Source of the DNA: Eledone cirrhosa
Taxonomy: Eukaryota
DNA length: 64,000 nt
Reading direction: 5' to 3'
Assembly (NCBI GenBank): GCA_964016885.1
Contig: OZ024744.1
Location: 15,624,001-15,688,000, forward strand
The notes under the pieces are model-generated. The model was not told the DNA's origin, ran no database searches, and worked only from the letters and a program-made list of their open reading frames with translations. This document shows, piece by piece, positions 63,744 to 64,000 of this stretch; position 1 is the stretch's first letter; each line of letters begins with the position of its first letter. The translations under genes and the position numbers were made by a program.

Positions 63744-64000
63744 CATTGTGTCAGTGTGTATGTGAGTGTGTCAGAATGTATGTGAGTGTGAGTGAGAATG
63801 TGTCAATGTGTATGTCAGTCTCGGTGAGTCAGTGTGTGAGTGTGAGTGTGAGCGTGTCAGTGTGTATGTGAGTGTGTCAATGTGTATGTGAGTGTGAGCG
63901 TGTCAGTTTGTATGTGAGTGTGTCACTGTGTATGTGAGTGTGAGTGCGAGTGTGTGAGTGTGTATGTGAGTGCGAGTGTGTCAGTGTGTATGTGAGTGTA

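Larger units (their letters stand above)
1..64000 (+). repeat. Complex GT-rich tandem satellite, monomer GTCAGTGTGTATGT(GAGTGT)n (20/26/32/38 bp); runs off both window ends
   Basis: The unit tcagtgtgtatgtgagtgtg, with 0-3 extra agtgtg hexamers, recurs on every line. The 20-mer is 8T/8G/3A/1C. No non-repeat stretch longer than about 15 bp was seen. Roughly 2,500-2,800 monomers, estimated from a mean unit length of ~24 bp. Confidence 0.99.

Noticed and set aside
1-64000. CRISPR-like repeat-spacer array (constant core plus variable part)
   Set aside because: The variable parts are copies of the same hexamer rather than unique spacers. There is no palindromic repeat, leader or cas gene.
1-64000. 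Telomerase-made irregular TG telomere tract or G-quadruplex array
   Set aside because: There is no TTAGGG-type unit and GG runs are rare. Point variants are inherited through kb-scale duplications, which indicates recombination rather than fresh templated synthesis. A subtelomeric location cannot be excluded.
1-64000. Extended Z-DNA-forming region
   Set aside because: Purine-pyrimidine alternation is broken by AG and TC steps roughly every 6-11 bp, and pure (GT)n runs are short, so the potential is lower than for a simple (GT)n tract.
1-64000. Minus-strand CTGAC/CTCAC matches to the branch-point consensus YTNAY
   Set aside because: This degenerate 5-mer has no downstream polypyrimidine tract and AG is rare on that strand, so there is no support for functional acceptors.
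1-64000. Assignment to a named satellite family or species
   Set aside because: I do not recognise the monomer with confidence; a Dfam/Repbase/BLAST search is required.

Overview
The whole 64 kb window is one uninterrupted GT-rich complex satellite array. I see no unique sequence, credible gene, RNA gene, transposon or CRISPR array. The monomer is GTCAGTGTGTATGT followed by (GAGTGT)n, usually n=1-4, giving 20/26/32/38-bp units. It reads as a (GT)n microsatellite with fixed CA, AT and GA substitutions, always in the same orientation. Rare variant monomers work as landmarks and show several levels of structure: 86-180 bp local duplications, ~1 kb higher-order modules, and a chain of near-identical kb-scale tandem duplications (periods ~2.8, 5.84, ~6.9, ~3.0, ~3.06 and 3.47 kb). 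Both flanks share variants that a central ~9-45 kb domain lacks, which suggests layered expansion. The seven listed ORFs are repeat-translation artefacts. A eukaryotic, probably animal, origin is an inference. All offsets were counted by eye from marker positions and block boundaries are approximate.
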